A stretch of DNA of 64,000 nt from Strigamia acuminata (GCA_949358305.1 OX442314.1:10044001-10108000), one strand, 5' to 3'. Counted from the stretch's first letter, positions 50,301-63,234 are shown. Numbers and translations are program-made. The notes: a model not told the origin generated them from the sequence alone.

Positions 50301-53300
50301 TAGCTACTTTCTGTGCTTGGAAACAACGATCAGCTTTCCGCTGCATCGACACGCCAGGCATTACAAGACTGGAATGAAATTTGTGCGTACCAGTTTTTTC
50401 TGTAGGCAAAATTTCTGCGGGCAGACTGGTTTCCTACGTAGGAAACTGCTTACGAGTACCAAGCTAAAAAACAATAAAAACAAAAACTTCCCACGAACAA
50501 TTCAACTCCCACAGATTTTTCTTTCCGAAAACCAACCATTCATCAATTAATTCCTCTGATCCATTCCAGGGAACCGGAGTTTGAGCGGCGTCCATACGAC
50601 AACCCGGAACCGCCAATCCAAAACCTAAATCCATACGACCGAAACCGCATGGAAGACCTCCAGTTTTCGCGCCCGCTCCTCGAGCGACCACTCCTCGACC
50701 GCCCGCTCCTCGACCGCCCGCTCCTCGACCGCCCGCTCCTCGACCGCCCACTTCTAGATCGACCACTTCTAGATCGACCGCTCCTAGATCGACCACTCCT
50801 AGAGCGCCCTTACGAGCCTCCGCGAGAAAAACCAATCAGCATCGACTACGGACATCGCTCGGCATCGATGATGAACCCTGACCACCCGCCGCTCAACTAT
50901 TCCCTCGCTCTGAGCCGCGGTCAGGTGCAAACCATCGACTACGGACACGGACAAGCCGCGTCCAACATCCCCGAAGGTCCGCAACGACGCCGAAATTGAA
51001 TTAAAACGATGAATTTTAATGTATTTTGTATTTTAATCGAATGTATAGTTATTGAGTACGGCCACGATCGAAGCAAACCGCCGATCGTGAAGAACTACGA
51101 GTCGTACGACGACTGGGAGTACGAGAGACGTCAGTACGACGAGGGAAGAAGCCGATACAGGGACAAGGAGCTGCGCAGTCGCGAGACACGCGAACGAGGC
51201 GGAGGGTTCGCTATTAGAGACCGAAGCAGGGAGAGGTTGAGGGATGAATTTCCCAGGGAAAGAGATCGAGAAAGGGATAAATATCGCGACGAGCCGTAAG
51301 TTTTATCGAGATTTCTTTTAAGCGAGTGTTTTTTATCTTGTTTGACATTAAAATATAGACAATAAAAATCGCAATTTACGTTTGAAAAACACGTTTTTTT
51401 GTCGGATATATTTTCTTTAAATCAAATTTTTGTGGTTGTGCTTTGTTGTTCGTTCGACACGAAGAGGACGCCATCTTGGATGCGCGCGCAGGTCCAACGG
51501 TTCATTTTTTTGTTATTTTTAATGGCTTTGTTTTGCTTGGTTTTTGAAATTTGAGTCGGCCATGTTTAATTGTGTTGATCGGGATGTAATAAAAGGAAGA
51601 ATTCGGTGATTCAGCGGCACATAAATGATTTGGAGAAAATATATGACTTAATGGGAATTTTTTGGTTTTGTTTTATTGGTTTTTTCTGGCGGGGAGAATA
51701 ATGTTTTTTTGTTTGAAAAATAGGAAGTTTGGACGGAGTCACGAGACGAGTTCGCGACCTTTGTTTCCTCATGAACTCATTCAGGAAGATTCGAGTTATT
51801 CCTCCTCGTCGGCCCGCAGTGAGACGGTTTTGATCGAGGATTTGCTGTCGATGCCCGGACGAAGAAAGAGACCGCAGCGATTGGTTATAATTCTGAGGGG
51901 GCCACCGGGGTCCGGGAAAACATTCGTGGCCAGATTAATTAAAGTGAATAATTTTTTTTTTTGTGGTTTTTGGGATTTTTTTTCGAATTTTTTGGTGTTT
52001 TTAGGAGAAGGAGACGGAAAATGGCGGCAGTGCGCCCCGGATGTTGTGTTTGGATGATTATTTCATGGTGGAGTCGGAGAAGGTCGAAAAGGATCCGGAA
52101 ACGGGGAAAAAAGCCAAAGTTAAAGTGAGTTTGGGATATATTTTTATTTTTTTGTTAATTTGTTGATTTTTTTGTTGGTTTTTTTTAATTTTTGGTGATT
52201 TTTTGTTGATTTTTGTTTTATTTTTTGATATTTTTTAATTTAGGTGATGCAGTATGAATACGAGTCTGAAATGGAAGATTTCTATTATTCAAATTTGGCA
52301 AAGGTTTTCAAGAAAACCATTACTGATGCGTTCTTTCCATTTATTATCGTGGATGCTACTAATGATAAGTGTCGACGTTTCGAAGAGTTGTGGAGCTATG
52401 CTAAACAGAATGGCTTTCAAGTATGAAAGATATCGATGAACTCGTTTTGACAGTTGTTACGAAATTAATTAATTCCTTGACTGAAAATTTAATTTTTTGA
52501 CTAAAATCTCTCGAAAATATCAATTTTCTGACCAAAATCAGTTTAAAATATCAATTTTTTGGAGTGTTTTGACCAAAATATCCATTTTTTTGGAGTGTTT
52601 TGACCAAAATGTCCATTTTTTTGGAGTCTTTTGACCAAATTATCAATTTTTTGGAGTGTTTTGACCAAAAATTCATTTTTTTGGAGTGTTTTGACCAAAA
52701 TATCTTTTTTTTTGGAGTGTTTTGACCAAATTATCAATTTTTTTTTAATTTTTCAAACACAATCTGTTGCCAGTGGAAAAAATTCACTTTTAAATTGAAT
52801 TTTTGACTGAATCAGTCAAAATCCAATTTCTAATTTCCTTCAATTCTGCTCTAACGAGTTCCAACTGCAAAAATTAATTAAATAAACAATAATAACAAGC
52901 CTACAATCCAACCTACATTTTCCAAGGTCTACATTGCCGAACTAGATAAGGACGCTCTCATGTGCCACAAACGGAACATCCATAACCGCAGTTTGGACAG
53001 CATAACAAGAGTTAGTAAAAAAAAATAAAATAAATTAATAAAAAAAATAAAATAAATAACCCACCTCAATCATAGATCATAAAAGGCTGGGACACGACAC
53101 CAAAACATTACGTTCGTGTGGACATCCGATCATTACTCCAAGATGCGGCCATACCCGAAGTAAAAATTAAATTCGTCTTTAATGAAAAAACCCGAGTGGC
53201 TGGGTTCATGTCCGACATGAACGTATTATTTTAATGACGCGCAGTGATTGGTTGATTTCTATTGATGTCGGTTCGTTTCTTCAACGCACGTTTACTCAAA

Positions 53301-56300
53301 ACTATGTTTTCGAGATTTTATCTTCTTTTTTTCTTACAAAAAAGCCTAACCTTATTTGTTTGCCTGTGCGAATTTGCGATATACTGTATTTTACCGATTA
53401 AGAGTCGCCCTCGAATAAGAGCCACGTCCGAGAGAGGCGATTTGATATAAGAGCCGTCCTCGAATAGTAGCCGGGGCTATATACGTTCAATGAATGTAAC
53501 TTTGAGATATCGGCCACTATTTAAAATAAGAGCCGCACTCGATTAATAGCCGCGGCTGAAAATGGCAGTTTTGAATAAGAGCCGGGGCTCTTACTTGGTA
53601 AAATACGGTATTTCAATGCGATTATTTTTTGGTGTAATATCGCAGCTACATTAGTCAGTAGTTGTCGTTTGCGATATATCATATGTTGCGATATATGCGA
53701 TTTACCGAACGACTTGCCCTGAGTAAACACTTATACTGATTTTAAACTTGCTTTTAAATAAATTTTTCTTTTAAACATTGAAAATTACTTTCCTTCGCAA
53801 TACATTGCGATATCTTGCGACATTGCGATTACACCGCTGGTTCTAAGCGATATATCGCAAAAATATCGCCAAACTGCAGTATCGCATTCACTTCAAAGAG
53901 TAAGAGCACAGGCCTAATCTCAATGCATCTCTCAACCAATCACAGCACGTCATGAAAATGATACGTTTATTTCAGACATGAACGTAGCCATTTTGTGAAA
54001 AAAAAAATCCAAAAAATCACCAAAATGTAAATTTCAAACCCAAACAAACAGGTGGAAATGGAGGATTTCGTGGAAGACGACAAACCGATCTCGAAAAAGG
54101 ACCCCATCATGCGTGACGACGAAGATTCCTCCAATCAAGAACCGGTAAGCTGGATTAAAAAATTTACAAAAATTTACAAAACGGACGATAAATGAAAGTT
54201 CAAGAAAATTGGCTGCAATTTAAACAAAAAAAAACAAAAAAAAAATTTTTATTGAAAAAAATTAATTTTAAAAACTCATAAATCAAAATGGTAAGTCTTG
54301 ATTTTACTACACTACCTAATATATATATATTGTTTATACTGTATTTGACGTCATAACAAAGTTTAAAGAAAAAAAAGAAAAACTGATAAAAGGCGCTGAT
54401 AATTTGTGATAAATGCGCGCACATCTAAGTTTGTCTTGTTTGCAACTGCGTAATGTCCGAACGGGATATTACGTATGTTTTATAAGGTATTTCTTCTGGA
54501 CCATGCGAAGCTTGACCAGAACTATGTTACGATGGAAAATGTCGATTGATTTTAAATTGCCTGTGACTAATATTTTATGGTTAAACCAATGCAGCCAATG
54601 AGTATTTCAGTTGCAGTCAAAAAAGACTAAACATATGAGCCTTGCCTTCAATCTCTAGGGTTTGGTGCTCAGTCGCTGGGAGCAGATGGAGGCCACCGAA
54701 GAAAAACTCGGTGAGTTGCCCCTTTATGTCCATTTATTTTTAAACGGGTTTCGCTAGATCCCTATTGGTGGTTACATTTTTGGAACGAGAGAGAGAGAGT
54801 GGATTGGATTGGATGGAAAATAGGACATTTTGTGATGTTTCTTTGACGGAATAAAATACGGTTGTGAAAGTGTTGTGGATTGTTTTATTTGATGTGCGCA
54901 AGAGACATTGAAAACGTACAAGGGGGTAGCAATTTTGAGTTTTTGCACTACCTGGTTGATATGGCCGAAAACGCTCATTCTGCAGTTGAGCTTCAAGCTG
55001 GACTGGGACGATTTTTATTAGACTTTGACCGATATCGATATTTTGCAGGGCCAATAATAAAACGCCCCCCAAAAACTATGATTTCCCCCGCAAAATAAAA
55101 TAAAATGCCCCCCACTTTTTGAACCCCCCAAAAATATCTACTTCACTCCCTTTAAAATTAAGTCCGCCCCATTTCCCTAAACCCCCAAAACAAGGTATTT
55201 TCGCCTCGTTACACCGAAGTGTTTGGCAATGATGTTATTAGAGTTTATTGTTGGGCACATGTCATTAGAAATGTCGACAAAAAACTCTATCATCAAAGAT
55301 AAGGAAATCGAAACGAATGTTCATAAGGATATTGTGTGCTTGCAGCTAGCCTCCTCCGACGATGAATTTGTTGCCGCAAAAAATCTCTTCTTAAAGGAGT
55401 GGCGCCTAGTTAAAAAAGCATCTGCATTCATTGATTACTTCAATGAGGAATATCTAGACCGGTTCTGTGGTTGGCACGTCGGCCATTGCATAGGATCTCC
55501 TTGCACCAACAATGAATTAGAGTCCACAAACAACGTCACCACACATTCCGTAATCGACAGCCCATGCAACGTTTCATACCGATTTTAAAAGAAATGGTCC
55601 GCAATTGGTCTAATGAGCGAAAACCCGGTGTAGCAATTGGTGAGAAGCTATACTCTGTTCCACTTGAGGTGAAAAATGTTCCTCTAGGAGAAAAAAGAAA
55701 ACGTGGCAGGCCGTCTAAGGCTTAAAAGTCACTTGTAGTGCAATAACTGCAACGTATTATGCTCATTTTGGGGGGTTTTTGAGTTATTTTTGATATTTCT
55801 GTTTGGGGGGAAATTTAGTTTTTATGGGGCCCAAAAATGTTTTTTGGGGGACTAAGTAGATTTTCCTTATTAGTTTTATTTGGGGGGCCAAACATATATT
55901 TTCGGGGGGGAACCCGTTAATTCAGGGGGGTCATTAATAGCAATCCATTTTGCAGTATCGCCGATACCGATACCTGCGCCGATATTAAAATTAAAATGTC
56001 CGTTTATAGAAACGGAAAAAGCCGAAACTTTGAACGTGCCTGACGTGCTTAACGTGTTTGTTTCTGAGCATGTTTATAGTGTCGTTTTTGGGTTTCATGC
56101 TCGGTCTTGAAAGTTAATGGCGATTAAAAATCCCATAATTTCAATCAACTAACGAATTGTGGCTCACTTGTTTGAACGCAATTTCTTTTATGCCTTTGAG
56201 GATGTGGATGTATTATCTGATAACAGTGTAAGGATTGGAAAGTTTGACCACATGATCTAACTTTCATGACAGTGTTGGGCACGGTACTTCCAACACGTAC

Positions 56301-59300
56301 CGTGGTACCGGTACCGGTGCTTGCGCCAACGGAGAAATGTACCGCGGTACCGGTACCGGTACTTGCGGCGACGGAGAAATGTACCGTGGTCCCGGTACAG
56401 TACCGGTACCGGGATTTTGCGGTACATCACGCGGTACTCGTGAAAACGCGAGAAAACACGAGATTTACGTGTTTTCTCCCGTTTTCCACGATAAAGGAGT
56501 TAAAAAGTGTATGTGTACAGCTGTACACTCGTTTTAAGGTGGTTTAAACTGTGTAAATATTTAATTTTAAATTAAAAGTAATATTTGATAAAAATTAAAT
56601 ATTTACACAGTTTAAACCACCTTAAAACGAGTGTACAGCTGTACACATACACTTTTTAACTCCTTTATTTTTACAAATACAGCTTTAAAAATTTTAAAGC
56701 TGTATTTGTAAAAATTCACTGAAATTTTACAAATACTGAAATTATTTCAGTAGACACACGGACACGGTGTCACCTAAAAGAATTTGTAGTTTCGTACACA
56801 TTTGAATTTGATTGTCAATGACAATATATTATATTTAATATTTAATATTTAATATTTAATATATTTAATCAATATGACAATTTGTTATATTGATTAAATA
56901 TTCATTTGCATAATAGATAAAGATAAAACCAATTAAATGTTAATTTACACACTCTTAATCGTTTCGTTTTTTTATTACTGTAAAAGTTGAATTCAGATCT
57001 CATGTCGTTGTCGTCGATTCGATTGTGTTTCTTAGGGAATACGAGCGGCTTTCCTGATTAACTTCTACGGCAATTCTTAATCGCGTGTGCCGTGTGTGGC
57101 AAATCATGATGGAAAACGTGTGGAAAACGTGTAGAAAACGGGAGAAAACACGAGGATCTCGTGTTTTCTCGCGTTTTCCCGAGTACCGCGAGAGTACCGC
57201 AAATTCACGGTACCGGTACTGCATGGCGCTAAAAGTACCGCGGTACAAATACGCGGTACTTGCTGTTTCCACAAAAAGTACCGCGGTACCGGTACCGGTA
57301 CCCATGTCATCCTAAAAAAGTAACGCGGTACAGGCCTGCGGTACTGTACCGTGCCCAACACTGCTTTCATGCCAGCCATTTTGAATTTGGTTGTATAAAC
57401 CAAAACCTGACATAAACCACTTCAAAAACAACTTCAGCGTTGTTTTTGTTTTTGTAGTTTTTGGGTGTTCTTGATGTCAATTTTTTTTATAGAACTCCAT
57501 AAACGGTAAAAATGATTGTTTTTGACCTCAAAATGAATTTTTTTTGGCGTAAATGAAAATTTTAGGTCCATGATGAAATCTTTCTGCTGTGCCCGCCCCA
57601 AGGATCTGCCCCTTGTAAGAGGCATTGTCGGCAGAGTTAGTTGGATTTAAGTATTGTGGGGTCTTAAGCTACGTCAAACGTGGGAATTAGGAAATCATCT
57701 GCCCAGAATGGGATGTGCAGTATGAACACAGGCTATCTTGAAAACAAGATGTTGTACTGCATTTTAAGGTGATTTAATAGTTAGCTCAATGTTAATGACC
57801 CCAGCACTGGTTTAGCCAATTTCCATCCACAAGAGGCTGCATCGTGCTTGTGCAACCTGTTATGAAGTAACATCAACAGTTTAAAGCTAGGTTCACACTT
57901 GTGTTTACACTAGACACAACGCAAGAAATATTAGTCAAACGCAAGGCAGTCTGTTCACACTGTAGGGCACGTGTAAACAGAGCTGAAACAATTGATGTTG
58001 CGTCTGGTCAATCAAATGGTTTCAATGAAACCTGGAATTGCATCTAGTTCTAGAACTAGTTCCAGAATTCGAAAATTGCGGCCTGTTTGCATGTGGTAAA
58101 GTCTCGCCAACCAGACGTGAATCGACGAGAGTCGGAGTTGATCGTGATTGGTTGGCCACAAGACCTTTCCTTGCGTTGCGTCACTTACTTCTACTTGGAG
58201 TTGAAGCAGGAATTGGCATCAACGTCAAGAATTTTTGGACGCAAGCAGCTTGCGTTGCGTCTAGTGTGAACACAAGTGTGAATATACCTTTACAATCGAT
58301 GGCGTCAGGGTTTCTGTTTTTCCGCCTTTTTGGAATTCCCGGTTTTTGGTACCAAAATGGCCGGCACTAAAAAAAATCAGGCGAAAGGCGACGAAAAATG
58401 GCAAAAAAAGGCCATTTTTAGCCATTTTCCACGGTAAAACTGGCTGTTTTTCGTCAAAAATGGCCATTTTCATCATTGAAACGTAACAAAATGTAACGTT
58501 TCGATGACGAAAATGACGTTTCAGTGACGAATTTTTGACGGAACCGGTTTTTCTCAAATTTCCCGGTTCCCGGTACCGTGATTTCTTACCGGGTTTCCCG
58601 GGAAACTGGTACCCCGGTTTCCTGGTACCGAAACCCTAGATGGCGTCTTAGAACCGAAGAAATAAGATATCCAAAAAAAATTAACATTCAACTATTTCTG
58701 CCTCAATTTCTAACTGAATTTGCTTCGCTGCATTGTGAGCAGAAACTTCGTGCAAAAATTAAATTTTGCTGCCTTCACTGTAGGTTAGACCAAAAGTTGT
58801 TAATTTCATTTACAGCGGCATGGTATGTTAAATGGCTCCTAATTGGCGAGATACAGTACAAGTTTTGTTATATCCATTTCCTAGCTAAAATGACATAACA
58901 AAATCACAATTAGCATAACATGATTTGAATATTTACAACACAGTCTTGTTACAACTTGTTACGCTAGATGAATTTCAAATGCAAAGTGTTGTATTGCATA
59001 ACAAATTGCCACAAATCACAGCAGGGGAGCTGAGAGACTTTTTTGCACTTCAAATTATGAACAATGTTAACAATCTCAATGGTTTGCATATCAAGTGCTA
59101 AGAAGCAAACACTCTGAATACCCATTTGATGAGTCAATTACAAATGAAAAAGTCAACATATAAAAGAAGTGGAATGTTGTGTATGTGAGTCTAATTTATT
59201 GCTGTTTTTTTGTTTGTTGTAATTTGAGGGAGTGTGTGGTCATTATTTGGAGTATTGGATGGGGGTCAGTAGTAAAAGCAAGCCATAACTAAAGACACAT

Positions 59301-60527
59301 TAATGAAGGTTAAAATTGAGTATAGTTTCTTAGGTCAAATGACAGTTGGCAGTTAGTGCTTGATGAATGGAGCCATCTTGGCAAGGGTCAGGAATAGTGA
59401 GGTGCAGTTATAATCCAATGAGTCTAAAGGGCAAATGAGGGTGAAATATATCACTTGTGATATATCATGGTTGGAAGGTTTATCTAGCAAATAAATAAAT
59501 TTAAAAAAAAATTAAATAAATAGGAAGATGTTTGAAATATTTTTCAATGATTTTTAATTGTTTTCATGTAATATATTTTTAATCAATAAATGAACATGTC
59601 AAAGCAAGGCTGTACTGTGTTAATAATGGAGTTCTTTTTCCAACTTTGTGAAATATTCTCCAATGGTTCACTGCATACAGTATATGAAGAGAATCGACGA
59701 AGTGATTACGTTTAGAACAGTAAATACAGTCTTTACATCATATTTACTTGACTTTCCGGTAACGTAAATATGAAATTACGTTTACAAAATCGTCTGTGCG
59801 ATCGGTGTCGTTGGGACGACGTCATTGCACCACATTGTAATAAGTCCTCGATCATTGGATCGCGAGGGAAAAAGGTTGAGAACCCCTGTGCTGAACACCA
59901 AACAATAGCAAAAAGGTCATTTAGGGACACTAAACTCAGTTCTTCCCTGGATTTCCCGATGTTTCAATTTGGTGTCGATATTAGCGAGTGTATTCATTTA
60001 TCAAGAATGTAAGTTAGAGGTTTGAAGGCAATCAAATACCGTTGTTTCTGTAACCATAAGAAAATGTGTTTATTGTGTCAATTGAAGTGTCTTATGTGGC
60101 AGTTGGAGGAAGGAAAGATGATGTGGGAAATTGTGTGTGTTTTGCTCACTTTTTATGCTGGAAAGCAGGCAGAAATATTCACACCCTTTTCGATTTATCT
60201 TTGCAGATAAGCTGGATGGGTTACGAAGCATGAAGAGACGCCGCGACGAACCACAATCCCTCGAAGACTATCTTCAACTACCCGATGACTATGAACAGCG
60301 AGATTCACAACCAGGAAAGAAAAGGGTAGATATGTCGGAGTGAAGATTTTGGAAGCAGATGTTATAAAATGGGGGAATGATTTCAGGTCCGGTGGGCAGA
60401 TATCGAAGAACAGAAAGACCAAGATAGATGTCGAGCGTTGGGTTTCGTCGTTGGACAAACCAATTGGGATAAGATAACGGACCCCAATCATGCCGAGAAG
60501 GCATTGACGAGGACTAAATACATTTGA
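44392..60527 (+). CDS. YLPM1: YLP motif-containing protein 1 / ZAP3 homologue (multi-exon)
   Basis: Q/P-rich N-terminus, RGG region, P-loop domain IILRGPPGSGKTFVARLIK, LDDYFM, FPFIIVDA, DIRSLLQDAAIPEVEMED, LEDYLQLPDDYE, PP1-binding GKKRVRWAD, and terminal ALTRTKYI*. Confidence 0.95.
44945..45540. repeat. Intronic minisatellite, 20-bp unit
   Basis: Tandem aaaaaattcaattttgctct. Confidence 0.9.
46315..47280. repeat. Intronic minisatellite, 16-bp unit
   Basis: Homogeneous aaaatggtcatttttt core (about 46620-46990) with diverged 16-mers on both sides. Confidence 0.95.
49345..49680. repeat. Intronic minisatellite, 21-bp unit
   Basis: Tandem gaaattcagtttttcatttat variants. Confidence 0.9.
52550..52740. 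repeat. Intronic minisatellite, about 31-bp unit
   Basis: ggagtgttttgaccaaaatatccattttttt variants. Confidence 0.85.
53197..53990. mobile_element. Harbinger-like non-autonomous element with nested insertions
   Basis: About 60-bp imperfect TIRs tggctgggttcatgtc...gtgattggttga / tcaaccaatcac...gacatgaacgtagcca. Confidence 0.55.
53384..53608. mobile_element. Tc2/pogo-type MITE (nested)
   Basis: TA|ctgtattttaccgattaagag...ctcttacttggtaaaatacgg|TA; homologous to 21817-22086. Confidence 0.8.
55046..55942 (+). mobile_element. Deleted Mutator-like (MULE) element with transposase remnant
   Basis: Fragment FIDYFNEEYL...GW...PCTNNELESTNN (MULE TNNxxESxN motif) and an AT-hook KRKRGRPSK. C-run-rich left and G-run-rich right termini resemble degenerate long TIRs. 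Confidence 0.7.
56270..57363. mobile_element. Non-autonomous hAT-like element with internal palindromes
   Basis: Perfect 18-bp TIR cagtgttgggcacggtac / gtaccgtgcccaacactg; ctttcatg on both flanks (offset by 1 nt on the left); dense ggtacc subterminal motifs. Confidence 0.85.
57886..58289. mobile_element. PIF/Harbinger-like MITE; partial second copy at about 12196-12395
   Basis: TIR-like agctaggttcacacttgtgtttacactagac / gtctagtgtgaacacaagtgtgaatatacct, flanked by TAA/TTA. Confidence 0.65.
58306..58638. mobile_element. hAT MITE insertion
   Basis: cagggtttc...gaaacccta with a perfect 8-bp TSD gatggcgt. The empty site is present in the paralogous sequence at about 12395-12420. Confidence 0.9.
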
Positions 60528-60676
60528 TAGTGTTTTCTTTTTCTGGTATTGTAGTCGAAAGTCGATTAAATCAACCGAGTAGTTCTCATATCTGCCAATG
60601 TGATTGGCCGGAATCAGTGGTTCTTGACCTTTTCGGAGTCCGTAGAAAGGTTTTACTACAACGTCACTGTCATGGA

Positions 60677-61298
60677 AAGGGGTAGCCAATGTTGAAAATC
60701 TCGTATGGGCAAAGATTTTGGATTTTAAAATCCCAGAAATCCTGGAAATCTTAGAAATTGTTGTGGGATTTGTCGGAAAATCTGAAAGAAATCCACCTGA
60801 AATCCTGAGAAATCTGTCTGAGATCTTCAAATCCAAAGTAAATCCCTGAAATCTTTATCAAATCTTTGAAATCTTTAGTAAATCTTTGAAATCTTTAGTA
60901 AATCTTTGAAATCTTTAGTAAATCTTTGAAATCTTTAGTAAATCTTTGAAATCTTTAGTAAATCTTTGAAATCTTTAGTAAATCTTTGAAATCTTTAGTA
61001 AATCTTTGAAATCTTTAGTAAATATTTGAAATCCCTGAAATCTTTAGTACATATTTGAAGTCCTTGAAATCTTTAGTAAATCTTTGAAATCCCTGAAATC
61101 TTTAGTACATATTTGAAGTCCTTGAAATCTTTAGTAAATCTTTGAAATCCCGAAATCCATAAAATGTTATAAATGGTCTCACAAATTGTAGCAAAATTGA
61201 ACAAAATCTTTAAAGAAATCCGCCTGAAATTCTGAAATCTTCAAGATTTAACAGGATTTCAAAATCTCATGTGTTATTTTTTCAATTGGTTGCCCCTT
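60677..61298. repeat. TIR-bounded segment containing a 20-bp minisatellite
   Basis: aaggggtagccaat / attggttgcccctt ends; internal tandem aatctttgaaatctttagta (about 60850-61145). Confidence 0.6.
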
Positions 61299-61938
61299 CG
61301 CCATCACGTAACGTTATTTAAGCGACTTTTTGATGCGTTAATCAGTTTTTATCTTGGATTTACAATTCAGTGCAGTTACACAGGGAATGACTAAAAGCCG
61401 AGCTAAAAGCCTATGTTTATTGCATGCCAGCAGCTGTTAATGCAAATTGCAGGGCGGGGCCATGAGAATCATTCCACTGGCTGGACCGGTTATTAAACTT
61501 GTTGGTCCACATCTCCCTTTTGAGCATGGTGGCAGATGTGAGAACTAATAACTCAAATACAAAACCTACTTTGCTAACATCTAAAAAAAAATCTCTCCAA
61601 ACAGTTAATTTAATACATACGAAGATCCATCCAGCAAAACCACTTCAGATTTCGACGAATTCTAAAAGCCGAACAAGTTTCACCTTAGAAACTTCAAACT
61701 GATCAAAATATTCCCTGTTGTAACCAATTGTTTTTACAGTCTTGTCTATTTGTACAACATGAAGAAAAAGCATTAAAAATCCAAATTTGACCTATTTTCA
61801 TTTTATCACTCAAGAAACGACCAAACTTTAGGCGCATTCAATCTTCAAAAGACGAATCGACTTATGCCCTGTACACACCTAAACCACTTTTGTAGAAAAC
61901 CTGTGTTCACACTACCACAGGTTTTCTAGAACTCAAAA

Positions 61939-61950
61939 CAAGATGGCGGA
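61939..61950 (+). promoter_or_regulatory. YY1-like motif, probable 5' region of a downstream + strand gene
   Basis: caagatggcgga matches the YY1 consensus AAGATGGCGG in locally CpG-richer sequence. No confident CDS follows within the window. Confidence 0.35.
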
Positions 61951-63234
61951 CTTTTCTACAACTCAAGAGGGATTATTCCAGAGGACCGCGGAAGGTCGAA
62001 ACTTGGACCGCGGTGACGTTTTAGCGACGTTTTTTCCTCGGTTTCTTTGGTTTTTCGGTGTTTTTTTTATTGTTTTTCCTGTTTTTTTTGTGATTTTAGG
62101 TTTTATTGGTATTTTTTGGGTTGTGTGTGTTTATTGGGGGGTTTATTTGGTTTAAGTGTTTTTTTTCTGGACCTCGATAAAAATTTTTAATATTATCCGG
62201 ACCCCACTTAAAATTACTCGCCGACCCCTGGATTATTCACTACTCGAATAATCCTTGTCATCCCTGTTTACATGACAGTTGCGCAAACGGAATATGTAAA
62301 CGTAGTACAAGACAAATCGTCTTTTGAAATTCGAATGCAGCTAACGACGCAACAAACCCATCCTTTGATTTCCGAAACAGCGATACTAATCAGAAATTAA
62401 AAGAAATTAAAATTAGTAATGCGCAAGTGTGCAAACCAAATATAAACAAACACTCTCTTTCTAGTCCATAAATCAGCCGAGCGAAAAATCAAAAATGTTG
62501 ATATTTACCCGAATAAGTCACTAGATAGCACTTAAGACAAGTGCGAGTAATTGGCGCGAACAGAGCGCCATTGATGGCGCATTCGTGTTATCGCACTGGG
62601 CCGATGTGATCGCGTCATAAATCGCTGGAGATTTCGGCGTAGAAATTAAGGATGAGAAAACGAGTTTATATCCGCGCGTAGAATGGGACCTTTGAACTGG
62701 ATCGGGGTGCCGGGAGTCGGAAGTCGGTTCCCATGACACGGCGCTCGTAAAAGGGGCCCTCTGAGCTCATCAAGGCCTTTTTCGTCGTTTTAATATACAG
62801 TAATTATTATGTGAAAGTGCCTTTCAAAGCTGGAGGGTCGAGGGAGGGAAAAAAGGAGATGTTGATGTTTATTTTTCGGGTGATTAGGACAAAGCGAGCT
62901 TTTGTGAGTGTGGGGAAATGGTGGAGGCCCATTTGAGATGATGAGGCTGCTAAATGATTTTGAGTTCTCGGGTTTCATTGCCGGGAATGACACCAGTTTG
63001 TTGTGATTGTGTGGGGAAAAGGAGACGAGGGATCGGTTTGGGTGTGGGTTGTAGTGGAGGCGGAAGAGGTTTTCGATATGATTTGGTGATATTTGAGAGG
63101 ATTTCAGTGAAAGAAGTTTTAGGGGATTTCAATGAAATCTGATCGAATTTCAGGGAATTTCTATATAGTCTGATGAAATTTCAAAGAATTTAAAAAAAAT
63201 TGAACAAATTTCAAGGAATTGTAATGAAATTTCA

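Noticed and set aside
61943..62155. 70-aa hydrophobic ORF
   Set aside because: Its hydrophobicity comes from T-rich intron-like sequence, and the ATG coincides with a YY1-like motif; there is no family support.
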